From a virus, in IMG/VR virus record IMGVR_UViG_3300025425_000010, positions 1 through 64,000 of that record: a stretch of DNA of 64,000 nt, one strand, 5' to 3'. A model generated the notes under the pieces. The model was not told where the DNA came from. It worked only from the letters and a program-made list of their open reading frames with translations, and ran no database searches. This document shows positions 20,129-29,884 of the stretch, one piece after another. Every line of letters begins with the position of its first letter. The first letter of the stretch is position 1. The position numbers and the translations under genes are program-made.

Positions 20129-20869
20129 TCATCTTCTAAATACCTCCACTAATTTCATAGAACTTTTCCGAAGTTCAATATATTGAATAAACCTGTGACG
20201 GTGTTCTTCAAGAGCCTCTAAGTCAGAATCACCTATTGTACCTCTCAATAACATATTTTTGAGTTCTGGGTAGTTCTTGATGATACCGTTCTTAGTATAT
20301 GAATCACTTTCATATCCATCAATGAGTGAGAACACTTGTCCAAACTGAAAGCTAAGAACTTTATAGATATCTTCGATTTTATCTTTTTTACCAGGAAAAT
20401 CGGTCATTTTAGTATAGTCAATCTTCTTAATGACTTTCAATTTCATAAGAGCATCACCACGTAGAGCCTTCTTTATTTCGACCCTCATATCAGTTCTCGA
20501 ATAAAATGTTATAAGGAACCGACACACTCGAATTACCTTCTCGTTGATATCCCTCTCAACACTAGATTTTATAGGGTTGTCGAAGTATTGCCTATGGTTG
20601 TCGTAGGTGTAGAATAGAACATTACTCAACTCATCTTTCGTACCTTTAAAACAATCGATTAATTGATTACCATCCACACCACCAAATACACCAATGTTGC
20701 AGTTTAATGGTTTCCCCGTTAATAGCTTTTTAGACAACTTGTCATTCCAGTGTTTACAGATTTCGTGTGCATCATCTATGTTTCGTGGTATCTCATCAAC
20801 GGACACAAGAACATCATAGTCTTGTGAGTTTTCGGATCCAAATAAATAGAAAGGTGTTTTCGTATCCAT
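20129..20869 (-). CDS. Putative nucleotidyltransferase-fold protein
   Basis: YLFGS..SQDYDVLV (GS..DxD); TATATTTG box at 20874-20881. Confidence 0.6.
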   Translation of the reverse strand: MDTKTPFYLFGSENSQDYDVLVSVDEIPRNIDDAHEICKHWNDKLSKKLLTGKPLNCNIGVFGGVDGNQLIDCFKGTKDELSNVLFYTYDNHRQYFDNPIKSSVERDINEKVIRVCRFLITFYSRTDMRVEIKKALRGDALMKLKVIKKIDYTKMTDFPGKKDKIEDIYKVLSFQFGQVFSLIDGYESDSYTKNGIIKNYPELKNMLLRGTIGDSDLEALEEHRHRFIQYIELRKSSMKLVEVFRR

Positions 20870-20918
20870 TAAACAAATATACTAAATAATACATATAATA
20901 CATAAATTATTATTAACT

Positions 20919-21401
20919 ATGGAAAATTTGAATATTATTGAGATAAATGACACACATAGGGAAGAAGTAATTAACATATTCAAAAATACGTTTGGGGAAA
21001 GTCAATGGAATGGTTGGTTAGAACTTGAATTGAAAGAAGCTGTTTTTAATGGTAATAGCTACTATAAAATTGACCTGTATGGTATAGTCATAAATGGTAG
21101 TATAGTATCGGTGGCTGGAATTGCTGACGGTATGTTCCTGGATAGTATTAAAACACTTAGATTGGGAGCTACATTACCAGAATTTACTAAAAGAGGGTTT
21201 ATGGACACATTGGTTCAATATAGATTGAACTTATTGAAAGCTAAAGGATATGCAGGTGTTTTGGTTAGTACAATGTTTCCACATAGGTATACCAAGTATG
21301 GGTTTTCACTCATACAGAGTAGTGATTCTTACAAGGCGCTATACCTTGATATGGAAAATCTTAATATTTCCCATATATCAAATGTACGGAAAATTATTTA
21401 A
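20919..21401 (+). CDS. GNAT acetyltransferase
   Basis: ATLPEFTKRGFMDTLV (acetyl-CoA loop) and YTKYGF. Confidence 0.7.
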   Translation: MENLNIIEINDTHREEVINIFKNTFGESQWNGWLELELKEAVFNGNSYYKIDLYGIVINGSIVSVAGIADGMFLDSIKTLRLGATLPEFTKRGFMDTLVQYRLNLLKAKGYAGVLVSTMFPHRYTKYGFSLIQSSDSYKALYLDMENLNISHISNVRKII

Positions 21402-21430
21402 TCTCTCAGTATTTTTAAAGACATATTATT

Positions 21431-21751
21431 TCATACGTCTTCGATATTAAACCCCAAAGAATCGATTCGTTTTTCAGAACGTGATTTCAATTCATCATCT
21501 ATGAATTTCTTCTTCTCCTTAAATATACTAATTCTATTCTTTTCTGAATTTTTCAAATCATAATATATACCCTCATCTTCTTCTCTACTATCCCAAACAC
21601 CACCAAGTGATTCTTCACCGGTTTCATCATCAAGTACTACCTCTAAACCAAGTCCGAGTGGATGTAAAAACCTTCTGTTCAATTCTTGAAGATATCCCTT
21701 CTCACGGAATTCTTTAATATCTATGCGTTTAATATCTGTTGATTTTCTCAT
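21431..21751 (-). CDS. Hypothetical phage protein
   Basis: GYLQELNRRFLHPLGL..GVWD.R...EG pattern. Confidence 0.7.
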   Translation of the reverse strand: MRKSTDIKRIDIKEFREKGYLQELNRRFLHPLGLGLEVVLDDETGEESLGGVWDSREEDEGIYYDLKNSEKNRISIFKEKKKFIDDELKSRSEKRIDSLGFNIEDV

Positions 21752-21764
21752 CTTGTTCTATTTT

Positions 21765-22007
21765 TTAGTAATTAATTCTATTCGGCTTCAATTTACCAGA
21801 CATAACATCATCCATCATTTTTGGATGATAATCATCCAGTAATTTTTTTCGTGTAACATTCCATCCAACCGGTGGTATTGTATAATCTTCAAAATATGTG
21901 TATCTGATCATGCCACAAAGGCTTTCACCAGCACCCTTAATATCACCATTAAGTTCTACTTCAAACTCACCATCACCAATATGTTTTACTATGTAGTTAT
22001 CTTCCAT
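21765..22007 (-). CDS. Hypothetical protein
   Basis: ORF downstream of dam. Confidence 0.6.
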   Translation of the reverse strand: MEDNYIVKHIGDGEFEVELNGDIKGAGESLCGMIRYTYFEDYTIPPVGWNVTRKKLLDDYHPKMMDDVMSGKLKPNRINY

Positions 22008-22017
22008 TAGTAGTTCA

Positions 22018-22878
22018 TTAGTAGTTCATTATAAGTACTTCAGTCGATTTATTGACTGGCTTACCTTTTTTGGCTCCTGATATCTTATGAAATTCTTTCT
22101 CTACCCATCGATACTTATCCTTTGGGAAAAACTCTTCTAGTTCCGGGAAGTAATAGTATGATAATGACCAACGAGCTTCTAGTTTCTTCATACAGTCAGC
22201 AAGTCTCTCATGTGTGTGTAATCCGAACTCGTGGTTAGAGTAATAATTCTCTTTTGTGAAATATGGTGGGTCAAGGTAAAAATAAGCTCCTGGACCGTCA
22301 TATTGTAACATCAACTTCTCAAAGTCCATACATTCAACATGTGTGATTTTATCAAAGTGACGTTTCAGACTCTTACCGTGATTACTGAAATTCAGTTTTC
22401 TCGAAAAGGCTCCAAACTTACAGTTGTATTTACCCCTAAGATCAATGAACTTAGCCGTCTCAGGTTTTGACCCAGAGAACACTTGACCGAGTACATAAGC
22501 GTACTTCATGGCCGTTTGGAAATCAGGGTTCTCAACATCTAAGATAAGTTCTTTACCGAAAATCTCTTTCTGATACTCATAGAACCACTCAGGGTACTTG
22601 GGATCAGTAACATCTTCATGCCTCTCCTGATACTTCTGATTAGCCAAATGAGGATAAAATTTCTCATACTGCCTAACAGCAGCAAAGATGTTGGCATTTA
22701 ATGGATTGAAATCGTTATAAATAACATCCTTCAAATTTGTGTATTGTTCTAAGTCCATTTCATAATAGAGGTTGAACATGCCACCAAACGGCTCACAGTA
22801 AGTTTCAATATCCTTTGGGATAAACTCATCTATCCATTTGCCGATCTTACCGCGTTTACTACCTATGTATGAAATCAT
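22018..22878 (-). CDS. dam: DNA adenine methyltransferase (D12/Dam class)
   Basis: YIGSK, EPFGG, YNDFN, YLDPPY, LSY, EVLIMNY. Confidence 0.9.
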   Translation of the reverse strand: MISYIGSKRGKIGKWIDEFIPKDIETYCEPFGGMFNLYYEMDLEQYTNLKDVIYNDFNPLNANIFAAVRQYEKFYPHLANQKYQERHEDVTDPKYPEWFYEYQKEIFGKELILDVENPDFQTAMKYAYVLGQVFSGSKPETAKFIDLRGKYNCKFGAFSRKLNFSNHGKSLKRHFDKITHVECMDFEKLMLQYDGPGAYFYLDPPYFTKENYYSNHEFGLHTHERLADCMKKLEARWSLSYYYFPELEEFFPKDKYRWVEKEFHKISGAKKGKPVNKSTEVLIMNY

Positions 22879-23555
22879 TTCTTTCTGTATTTAGTTTTTG
22901 TTATACTTATGTTATATGCTTCTTCAAAGATAAGTTGCTTTCGTTTGAGAAAAAACTTGGAATCTTTATATAAATAATCGTATAGTGTTTCAATATCTTT
23001 ATATCCTGACCAGCCGATGTACTTATAGTTCTCAGGACCATAAGGTTTATTTAAATTTATACTAATTTCTCGATTTAAGTGTGTATTTAAGTCATTTATG
23101 AATGGAAAACTAGCTGATATTATCCGAACATCACCTCTTTTATGACCTTCACGACCCTTTCTATTTTCTTTCTTTATCCTAACACAACCATCTCCATCGA
23201 AATATCCTCGGATGAAATGACGATATAATGTTTTGTCTTTTAGTTTGGGAAATTGTAATGTGAATGTCTTATTAGAATGTACTCCTAAATTAATAAGATC
23301 GGATTTCATCTTCTTACTCGATATACCTATCTCACATATATCTTTCCGTTTGGAGCTATGCCATATATCACCCTCGAATTCCACACACTTTGAGAAGGAT
23401 TCCAATACTTCGATATCTTTGTTATTTATTTTAATTGTCAATTTGTTACGATTCTTAGCAACACTCCCATCAGCCATTAAGAACCCAAGGAAGTATGCCT
23501 TATGTTCTGAATCGATATTTTCGAAGTAATTTTGGTTAAATTCTATTCTCTTCAT
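22875..23555 (-). CDS. LAGLIDADG homing endonuclease
   Basis: AYFLGFLMADGS and FIRGYFDGDG. Confidence 0.9.
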   Translation of the reverse strand: MKRIEFNQNYFENIDSEHKAYFLGFLMADGSVAKNRNKLTIKINNKDIEVLESFSKCVEFEGDIWHSSKRKDICEIGISSKKMKSDLINLGVHSNKTFTLQFPKLKDKTLYRHFIRGYFDGDGCVRIKKENRKGREGHKRGDVRIISASFPFINDLNTHLNREISINLNKPYGPENYKYIGWSGYKDIETLYDYLYKDSKFFLKRKQLIFEEAYNISITKTKYRKK

Positions 23556-23630
23556 AAAGTAACCTTTGTTCTTTTTTTGTATATAACGTATATATAGAAA
23601 GAATCCCGGCCCCTTTAGGTGCCAATAATT

Positions 23631-23822
23631 ATGAGTAGAGAAAGGAAAATAACAGATACGCAGGCCACTCAGTATGCTGAGGGCCGAAAACAGTACAACA
23701 GTGATAAGTCGTTAGTTCAGATACGTAAGGAGACTCACGTTAGGTTGAAGGCTTATTGTAAGGAGAATGGTATATCGATTATCGATTATTTGGATGAGTT
23801 GATTGGTAAGGGAATCTCTTAG
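23631..23822 (+). CDS. Ribbon-helix-helix/CopG-like protein
   Basis: LVQIRKETHVRLKAYCKENGISIIDYLDELI. Confidence 0.65.
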   Translation: MSRERKITDTQATQYAEGRKQYNSDKSLVQIRKETHVRLKAYCKENGISIIDYLDELIGKGIS

Positions 23823-24142
23823 TCGTGGTACTGTTTACTCTTACGGTTGATTACGGCCAATATCATATTATATTCAATGAACATGACATCCCTGGTCCTT
23901 CTGAGGCATTATCGAGTCTGGAAGGTTTGTAAAAATCTCTAACCATTTGGATGGCTTCATCGAAGTTACCTTCTGTTAATAGAGGTTCAATTTGGTCGGC
24001 AATTATTTTGTTCAATTTCACACCAATTTCATCAATGTGATTATAGTACTCCAAACATTTTTTTCATTTCATCGACAATGTTTAAGTCTTCGATTGGTTC
24101 ATCTGATTCGTTGAATCTTTTTATATGTTTTCTCTCTGCCAT
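23819..24142 (-). pseudogene. Tagged hypothetical protein broken by two homopolymer frameshifts
   Basis: Starts MAERKHIKRFNE after TAATATATAG. One extra A at 24058-24064 and one missing G at 23890-23892; correcting both gives a 107-aa frame. Confidence 0.55.
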
Positions 24143-24187
24143 GTTCTATATATTAAAAGAATTTTACTTATTTTCTTTACGACTGGT

Positions 24188-24658
24188 TTAGGTCAATATT
24201 TTACTAATATGATTGAAGCATTCCTTAACCTCCGGTCTATTCATAATTTCAGACTTGTTATTTTCCCATAATTCGTCACATTGTCTTTTTACTTGTGGAA
24301 CACGGGTGTAGACTTCCATTATATAGTCGGTGTATTCGGATTCTTTCTTATGTAATGTGAATAAATGGTTTATATGGTAATTCAGATAGCTAGCTAATAT
24401 TTCCTGTTCGTAAAGTCGTTGTGAGAGTTTATCTATTGTGTATTCAGTACCAATTTCTGGGTATCCAAGGTTTGGTAGTTGTCTTTCTTCTTCAGTAGCA
24501 ACTAACCAATGGCATATCTCGTGTGTTAGTGATGTCCAATTACCAGCGTATATTTTATCATCGGTTTGTTTAAAACATATATCGCCAAGTCTGGTCCTTT
24601 TACCAGTAGTGTAATATACGAGAGGTATTAGTAGTTCGAGATATGTACCTACTAGTTT
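24188..24658 (-). CDS. Start-less open frame with an HExxH motif, resembling EF-P hydroxylase EpmC/YfcM
   Basis: 156 sense codons containing LTHEICHWLVATEEERQLPNLGY...EQE. In frame immediately after the stop of 24659-24856. Confidence 0.55.
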   Translation of the reverse strand, partial: KLVGTYLELLIPLVYYTTGKRTRLGDICFKQTDDKIYAGNWTSLTHEICHWLVATEEERQLPNLGYPEIGTEYTIDKLSQRLYEQEILASYLNYHINHLFTLHKKESEYTDYIMEVYTRVPQVKRQCDELWENNKSEIMNRPEVKECFNHISKILT

Positions 24659-24856
24659 TTAATTGAAATTGTTATCGGCCTTAATTAATGTGAGCTTATC
24701 TGATTCGACTTTCCACATCCCGGCACAAAAGTATTCTTCTAAATTTGATTCGTATAATTCTTCGGCTTTTTCTAAACTGAGGAATGTTAAGTCAATAATG
24801 TCGAGTAGGTCTATACCATACTCATTTCCGGGTAATACGAGGTATTTGTCTTCCAT
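24659..24856 (-). CDS. Small hypothetical protein
   Basis: ORF whose first 40 bp are duplicated at 25052-25091. Confidence 0.6.
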   Translation of the reverse strand: MEDKYLVLPGNEYGIDLLDIIDLTFLSLEKAEELYESNLEEYFCAGMWKVESDKLTLIKADNNFN

Positions 24857-24860
24857 GTCG

Positions 24861-25034
24861 TTATTTCAAAGACTTCGTATAATTCCCTCCTTTTATGTGG
24901 AAGTAACATGCGGGTATAGCAAGTAGTAGAACGACAAACGTGAAGAAAATTGTATATTGTGTAGTAAATTCCAATATTAAAAATATAATTTGTAATGTGT
25001 TGAAAAAGAATCCTATTTTTTTGTATTTATTCAT
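24861..25034 (-). CDS. Small 2-TM membrane protein between direct repeats
   Basis: MNKYKKIGFFFNTLQIIFLILEFTTQYTIFFTFVVLLLAIPACYFHIKGG. Confidence 0.5.
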   Translation of the reverse strand: MNKYKKIGFFFNTLQIIFLILEFTTQYTIFFTFVVLLLAIPACYFHIKGGNYTKSLK

Positions 25035-25099
25035 TTTATCATATTTAATTTTATACCATACTTATTTCCGGGTAATACGAGGTATTTGTCTCTCATTAT

Positions 25100-25678
25100 C
25101 TATTCACCTTCTTGAACTTCTTTAATCTTATCTCGGTACATAGCAGCAGTTACATAATCTTCGATAAGAAGTGCTTCATCCAACATTCGTTGCATGTCTT
25201 CTATTGAGAGTATATTACCTTTTTTTGTAGAACTGTTTGATGTTTGTTCTTCCGGAATAATATTACCATCAGTATCTATTTCCATACCAATTTGGTCGAG
25301 TACTTCTTCTTGTGCGTATAAAGGACACTCGAATGCTAGTGATAAGGCAATGCCGTCACCAGCGGTGCAATCTATAATTCTAGACTCGATGCCATTAGAG
25401 ACAACTATTCTAGCGTAAAAAATACCAGCTAGTAATTTATAAATTTCAACCTCTTGGCAATCCATATCGAATTCTACACAGACGGATTGTACGAGTTCGT
25501 GAGTGAAAGGTCTTGGTGATTCCATACCCTCTACTTTAAGAGCTATAAATTGAGCATCATTTGTTTTTATGATAATTGGTAATTTACGTGATCCATTTTG
25601 TTCAGCAAGAATACATATATATGATCCTATTTGACTCTGTGAGTATTGTAGTCCGAAAACTTTAACTTCTCTTTTCAT
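25100..25678 (-). CDS. Bifunctional nuclease family (DUF151) protein with C-terminal UVR motif
   Basis: RKLPIII..AQFIA..PRPFTHEL..IFYARI..D...GDGIAL, then EDYVTAAMYRDKI. Confidence 0.85.
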   Translation of the reverse strand: MKREVKVFGLQYSQSQIGSYICILAEQNGSRKLPIIIKTNDAQFIALKVEGMESPRPFTHELVQSVCVEFDMDCQEVEIYKLLAGIFYARIVVSNGIESRIIDCTAGDGIALSLAFECPLYAQEEVLDQIGMEIDTDGNIIPEEQTSNSSTKKGNILSIEDMQRMLDEALLIEDYVTAAMYRDKIKEVQEGE

Positions 25679-25746
25679 GTCTGTTCTATATTATATTAAT
25701 CTATTAGTTTTACAAATATACGAATTAATCTCGTACATACAATGTT

Positions 25747-26409
25747 TTAATCTTGTAAGAGTAAATCAGCAGCACTCGTGCTACAAAATCCCAGTGGCTT
25801 ACAAAACACTCGATAGTCAAGCCCTCTCAGCCATGGAGCATAAGCCTTGTATGTAGCATAAGATTTATTTACTTGTTTCTTACCTCTTTGGTTTATAGTA
25901 AATTCTTTGGGATTATAGTCCAAGTGTATATCAACTAGTTTGAATTCTTTCTCCTTTTCGAATGGTGTGAGAGCCATATTATCTATAAATTTCTCTACTT
26001 GATGTCCTTCAACCCAATCGTTTTCACCCTCACATTTCTGTAAATGGAACTTATATCTCTTTCTTTCGGTTTCATCTAAATCTTCTCGTATGTACTCACC
26101 GGTTAATTCTTCGTTCAAATATTCAGCAATTTCATAAGCATAAACTGATTCTTGATAGAGTCTTTCTTCATTATCTCGTATCTTATCTTTTCTTTCTCTG
26201 AAGAAAACAACATGAGCACCGTTACGGATATCTTTGTTGTGCATCATTATAGTACATGCATAGACTGTCTTTCTACGTTTCTGTATGGAATCACATCCAA
26301 CGGATATGGTTGTACCAGGCTCGTTCTTTAGGAAGTCTTTCAAGTACTCTACTATGTCAGTGATTTTATCTCCTCCAAATTTCTTAAAACTGTCTTTATA
26401 CCTACTCAT
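25747..26409 (-). CDS. RNase H-like YkuK (DUF458) family protein
   Basis: VGCDS, RLYQE..A..IA, IHLDYN, KP....STSAAD. Confidence 0.8.
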   Translation of the reverse strand: MSRYKDSFKKFGGDKITDIVEYLKDFLKNEPGTTISVGCDSIQKRRKTVYACTIMMHNKDIRNGAHVVFFRERKDKIRDNEERLYQESVYAYEIAEYLNEELTGEYIREDLDETERKRYKFHLQKCEGENDWVEGHQVEKFIDNMALTPFEKEKEFKLVDIHLDYNPKEFTINQRGKKQVNKSYATYKAYAPWLRGLDYRVFCKPLGFCSTSAADLLLQD

Positions 26410-26615
26410 TACATTACATCTATTTTTAATATAGAATTACTAATTACTTGTGGTGGTATTACAACATGACCACCATCTTCTGTTACCATCTCGAATCCAC
26501 TTTTATAGTAGTCTTTCGATGCTTCGGTGAGTCCATCAAGTTCGGGTTTTGTCATTTCAAGAACGTCACCTTTAAACTCACCGAGTTCAGAAATAATTCT
26601 AATTCTAACTTTCAT
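26409..26615 (-). CDS. Small hypothetical protein
   Basis: ORF coupled by a TAATG overlap. Confidence 0.65.
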   Translation of the reverse strand: MKVRIRIISELGEFKGDVLEMTKPELDGLTEASKDYYKSGFEMVTEDGGHVVIPPQVISNSILKIDVM

Positions 26616-26628
26616 TTAGAAGTATACT

Positions 26629-26663
26629 AAAAAAGGGGGTCTTTGTTTACAAAGACCCCCTTT
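26629..26663 (-). terminator. Rho-independent terminator
   Basis: GGGGGTCTTTGT-TT-ACAAAGACCCCC hairpin with an A/T tract, downstream of the MoxR gene. Confidence 0.85.
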
Positions 26664-26685
26664 AATTCGATATGTTACGAGTAGA

Positions 26686-27813
26686 TTACTTATTGTTAAT
26701 CTCGTGGATTGTTTTAAGAACTTCACGGAAATTCAAAAGGAATTTTCTCAACTTATTACCAGTTACATCGTAGTTGTTATCTACAAGGAACAAAAGGTAA
26801 CCAGTCAATTCATCTTCACCAACTGTATTCAAGAACTCAACACAATTTTCAAGTTGTTTGGGGGTGAGTTCATTGAGATCCAACTCTTTAAGTGAGTTAA
26901 GAAGTTCTGATTTCTTATCTCGGTTGTATCTCTCAATGTCTTTCTTAACCTTTTTGTAGTTGTTCAAAACATCTTGGATGCTGATGTTCAACATATCCTC
27001 ACAGTACTGGATGTATTTCATTGCGGAAACTCCAACATAAGAACCAGCGAGGTTTTTCAACATCGGAAGGAAAGTTCGTGCCGAAGCGTCTTTTCCATAG
27101 TTCTTAATGATAAACTCACTCATCATCGTCCAAGATCGTGGAGATGCGTAAGCTGTATAGGTTGAATCATCGGTCGGATCAACATACAACTTCTCAGGGT
27201 GAGCTTTCAAATAACTAACAATTGTACTATGTACATTGTTCTCAGCAAAATTCTCAATCCACTCAAGGATTCCCAGTGTGTGTTTAACGTGAATCAATCG
27301 GTTGTTAAGAGCTGAATCGAACTCTTCAACATCAGTACCATCTTCGTCACCAAGGTTACCTGATGCCATCATAAGAACGTTATTATTGAACGAGAAGTTC
27401 GTACCAATCTCACGTTCAAGTAAGATTTGAAGAGCTGCGTTACGAACGGCTTGTGTAGCTCTGTTCAACTCTTCAAAGTGTATGATAGTTGGTTGCTTGT
27501 TAGCATCATCAGCCCATCGTGGAACAACGTGGTCAAGAACCTTCTTACCATCGATTTCACTCACATTTGGAAACAGACCTACATCAGTCTCATCAACCAT
27601 TGACAATCTAATGTCCATGTATCGAAATCCCATTTTTTCAGCAATTGATCGAGCAATTGCTGATTTTGCTACACCAGGTTTTGCCGTGATGAAAAGTACA
27701 CCATACTTAGCCCACATTGTACGAAAATACAACTCTTCTTTTTGGGTTAGTGTTTTCAAGTGTTCAGCGAACGGTTGTTCTTCAATCATTGTTTTATCTT
27801 TTTCTTCACTCAT
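26686..27813 (-). CDS. MoxR-family AAA+ ATPase
   Basis: AKPGVAKS (Walker A), IHFEELNRA (Walker B), ASGN, DSALNNR, SPRSW. Confidence 0.88.
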   Translation of the reverse strand: MSEEKDKTMIEEQPFAEHLKTLTQKEELYFRTMWAKYGVLFITAKPGVAKSAIARSIAEKMGFRYMDIRLSMVDETDVGLFPNVSEIDGKKVLDHVVPRWADDANKQPTIIHFEELNRATQAVRNAALQILLEREIGTNFSFNNNVLMMASGNLGDEDGTDVEEFDSALNNRLIHVKHTLGILEWIENFAENNVHSTIVSYLKAHPEKLYVDPTDDSTYTAYASPRSWTMMSEFIIKNYGKDASARTFLPMLKNLAGSYVGVSAMKYIQYCEDMLNISIQDVLNNYKKVKKDIERYNRDKKSELLNSLKELDLNELTPKQLENCVEFLNTVGEDELTGYLLFLVDNNYDVTGNKLRKFLLNFREVLKTIHEINNK

Positions 27814-27934
27814 CTTTTTTTTGTTTAGTGATTGTTATTAATTATTACTTTACAAATATTACTTTATTATTAAACTACTTATTTTTGTTAGAATATTTCC
27901 ATTTTATTTTTTTGTGGGTTAGTATTTGTTTATT

Positions 27935-28132
27935 TTAATTATCTTGTGATATTATATCCTCATGAAGTTCTTTCACCAATTTCATATATGTCTTCATAAT
28001 ATCATAGACCTCTTTTGGTATATCGCTAACTGTATTGTGGTCGATGATTTCCAACAGAATGACTTTTCTTTCTTCGTCATTGGATGCTGTTTCTAATTTC
28101 TCAGTGTATTCTTTAACGTTTAATTTTTCCAT
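27935..28132 (-). CDS. Small hypothetical protein
   Basis: TATATTTG box at 28154-28161. Confidence 0.6.
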   Translation of the reverse strand: MEKLNVKEYTEKLETASNDEERKVILLEIIDHNTVSDIPKEVYDIMKTYMKLVKELHEDIISQDN

Positions 28133-28191
28133 ATTGTTTGAATTAATTCTTTACAAATATACGGATAACTTTTCGTTACGGCCAAACTTTT

Positions 28192-28569
28192 TTATAATTT
28201 ATTTTCCAGTATGTATATTTTGACATCATTTGTGTGTAAAATATCATATTTCACACCATCAACATCGGTTTCATTTAGTGTCCAATTGGGTTGTGTAGTT
28301 GGATTATATTTAATCTCTTGGTCTTTTTCGTCAGTTAATGACTCTTTATTGACCACATCTACGATATTACATTCAATCCAAGCACAAACTGTCTTGTGTG
28401 CTCCTTTGAAAATATTCTTAGCGGTTTTCTTATTATTATGTAGTTTACAATCAAACATAATAAGTGTTACTTCGGAAGGGTTGTGATATGTGGGTTTATT
28501 ATTATCATCTCGTATCTGCCATTTCTTATAATTGGCTCCTCGACCTAGATTAAATCTCACTTTATACAT
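28192..28569 (-). CDS. Hypothetical phage protein
   Basis: ORF with plausible conserved-looking motifs (RFNLGRG..WQI, KTVCAWI). Confidence 0.7.
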   Translation of the reverse strand: MYKVRFNLGRGANYKKWQIRDDNNKPTYHNPSEVTLIMFDCKLHNNKKTAKNIFKGAHKTVCAWIECNIVDVVNKESLTDEKDQEIKYNPTTQPNWTLNETDVDGVKYDILHTNDVKIYILENKL

Positions 28570-28910
28570 TGTGGTTTTGGTCCTTTACCGTGTTTTTTGA
28601 AGAAATCTAGAGCTTCTTCTCCATAAATTGTAATACCATCGCTCGCATGTTCTGAGAATGATGCATATGGTTCTGATGTTGGTTCATCGATGCCGTGTCC
28701 ACAACAAGCGTGAAATACTCCGGGAAGGTTATTGATGCATGGATCGTGTTTATCATCAGTCATTAAAAATTTACAAGATGGACAATATCGTTTATCATCT
28801 CTACTAATGGGTTCGTGTGTGTCTTGGTAACGCCATATACATTCCTCACAATCAGCATCAATGTATATTTTGTGGCCGAAATAGTGTGCTTTGGCTTTAT
28901 ATTCCATCAC
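28557..28910 (-). CDS. Cys-rich hypothetical protein
   Basis: CPSC..HDPCI.NLPGV..ACCGHG. Confidence 0.7.
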   Translation of the reverse strand: MMEYKAKAHYFGHKIYIDADCEECIWRYQDTHEPISRDDKRYCPSCKFLMTDDKHDPCINNLPGVFHACCGHGIDEPTSEPYASFSEHASDGITIYGEEALDFFKKHGKGPKPQCIK

Positions 28911-29095
28911 CTATTTTTTAGAATTTCTTTATATTCTGTCATTATCTTATCAAATAATGGTTCGTCTAAATCCTTAAGTGAATTTATTAATTTACCAATT
29001 CTTGATTTTTTAGGAGTTAATTTACCCTCACCGATACTTACCATTTTCTGACGTATTGTGGATTCGAGCTTAATTAGTTGTTTTTCGTTTGACAT
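28907..29095 (-). CDS. Small hypothetical protein
   Basis: ORF coupled to 28557-28910. Confidence 0.6.
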   Translation of the reverse strand: MSNEKQLIKLESTIRQKMVSIGEGKLTPKKSRIGKLINSLKDLDEPLFDKIMTEYKEILKNR

Positions 29096-29136
29096 ATTTC
29101 TTCTAAGTGAAAATGTCCTAAAAGTTTATTTATTAA

Positions 29137-29610
29137 TTACTTGATTAAATTCTGATCTATTTTGGATATTTCACTTAGAATTGGATTTCTCTGTAATGTT
29201 ATTTCAAATTCCCTAGGAAAATTAAGTCTACTATCTATTGTATGTTGCCATTGAACCATATCATAATTAGCATCTACTTCTACTAGGAATAACTCTTCAT
29301 AATCATTTAACTCTATACCAATTGATTCATACCAAGGCTTTTCGTATAATCTTTCTATATATGATGTGTCTAAATAGTGATTACCAAGTTTATCAACATC
29401 AATATCATCTATTGATTCTACTTGTAGGACACGATATAACTTGAAATCCCCAAAGAATTCGAAGAATTCGTGTTGGAAGAAATAATCTAACTCATCAACA
29501 GCATCTACATAATAATTATGACCAGCGTGATGGTCTTTAGCATGTTCATATGCCCAATCTTTCAATGCCTGTTGTTCTATATGGTTCTCAAAAAATTGAA
29601 GATGTTTCAT
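29137..29610 (-). CDS. Hypothetical protein with N-terminal tag
   Basis: Probable start MKHLQFFE. Confidence 0.65.
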   Translation of the reverse strand: MKHLQFFENHIEQQALKDWAYEHAKDHHAGHNYYVDAVDELDYFFQHEFFEFFGDFKLYRVLQVESIDDIDVDKLGNHYLDTSYIERLYEKPWYESIGIELNDYEELFLVEVDANYDMVQWQHTIDSRLNFPREFEITLQRNPILSEISKIDQNLIK

Positions 29611-29626
29611 ACGTGTGTATATAATT

Positions 29627-29872
29627 TTAGTAATCTGAGAAATAATCTCCCATATCATCATCATCTTCGAAGTCTGATGATGGTATTACGTTCTTTTCGT
29701 GGAAAAATTCGATTAGTAATCGTTCATCGTATTCTGATATGTCCGAAATACTCAGTTCGAAAGTGTATTGGTCCATCATACTCCACATAACTTCTAATTC
29801 ATCTAGGTATTCGATAACACCCTCTTCATCTAAACACTCATCAAGTGAATAATATCTGTATAATCTCTTCAT
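29627..29872 (-). CDS. Acidic hypothetical protein
   Basis: ORF. Confidence 0.6.
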   Translation of the reverse strand: MKRLYRYYSLDECLDEEGVIEYLDELEVMWSMMDQYTFELSISDISEYDERLLIEFFHEKNVIPSSDFEDDDDMGDYFSDY

Positions 29873-29884
29873 AACTCAATCTCC

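Noticed and set aside
22008-22030. TAGTAGTTCAT tandem duplication resembling the MITE right end
   Set aside because: It is the reverse complement of the dam terminus (MNY*) duplicated once. There is no left end or hairpin nearby.
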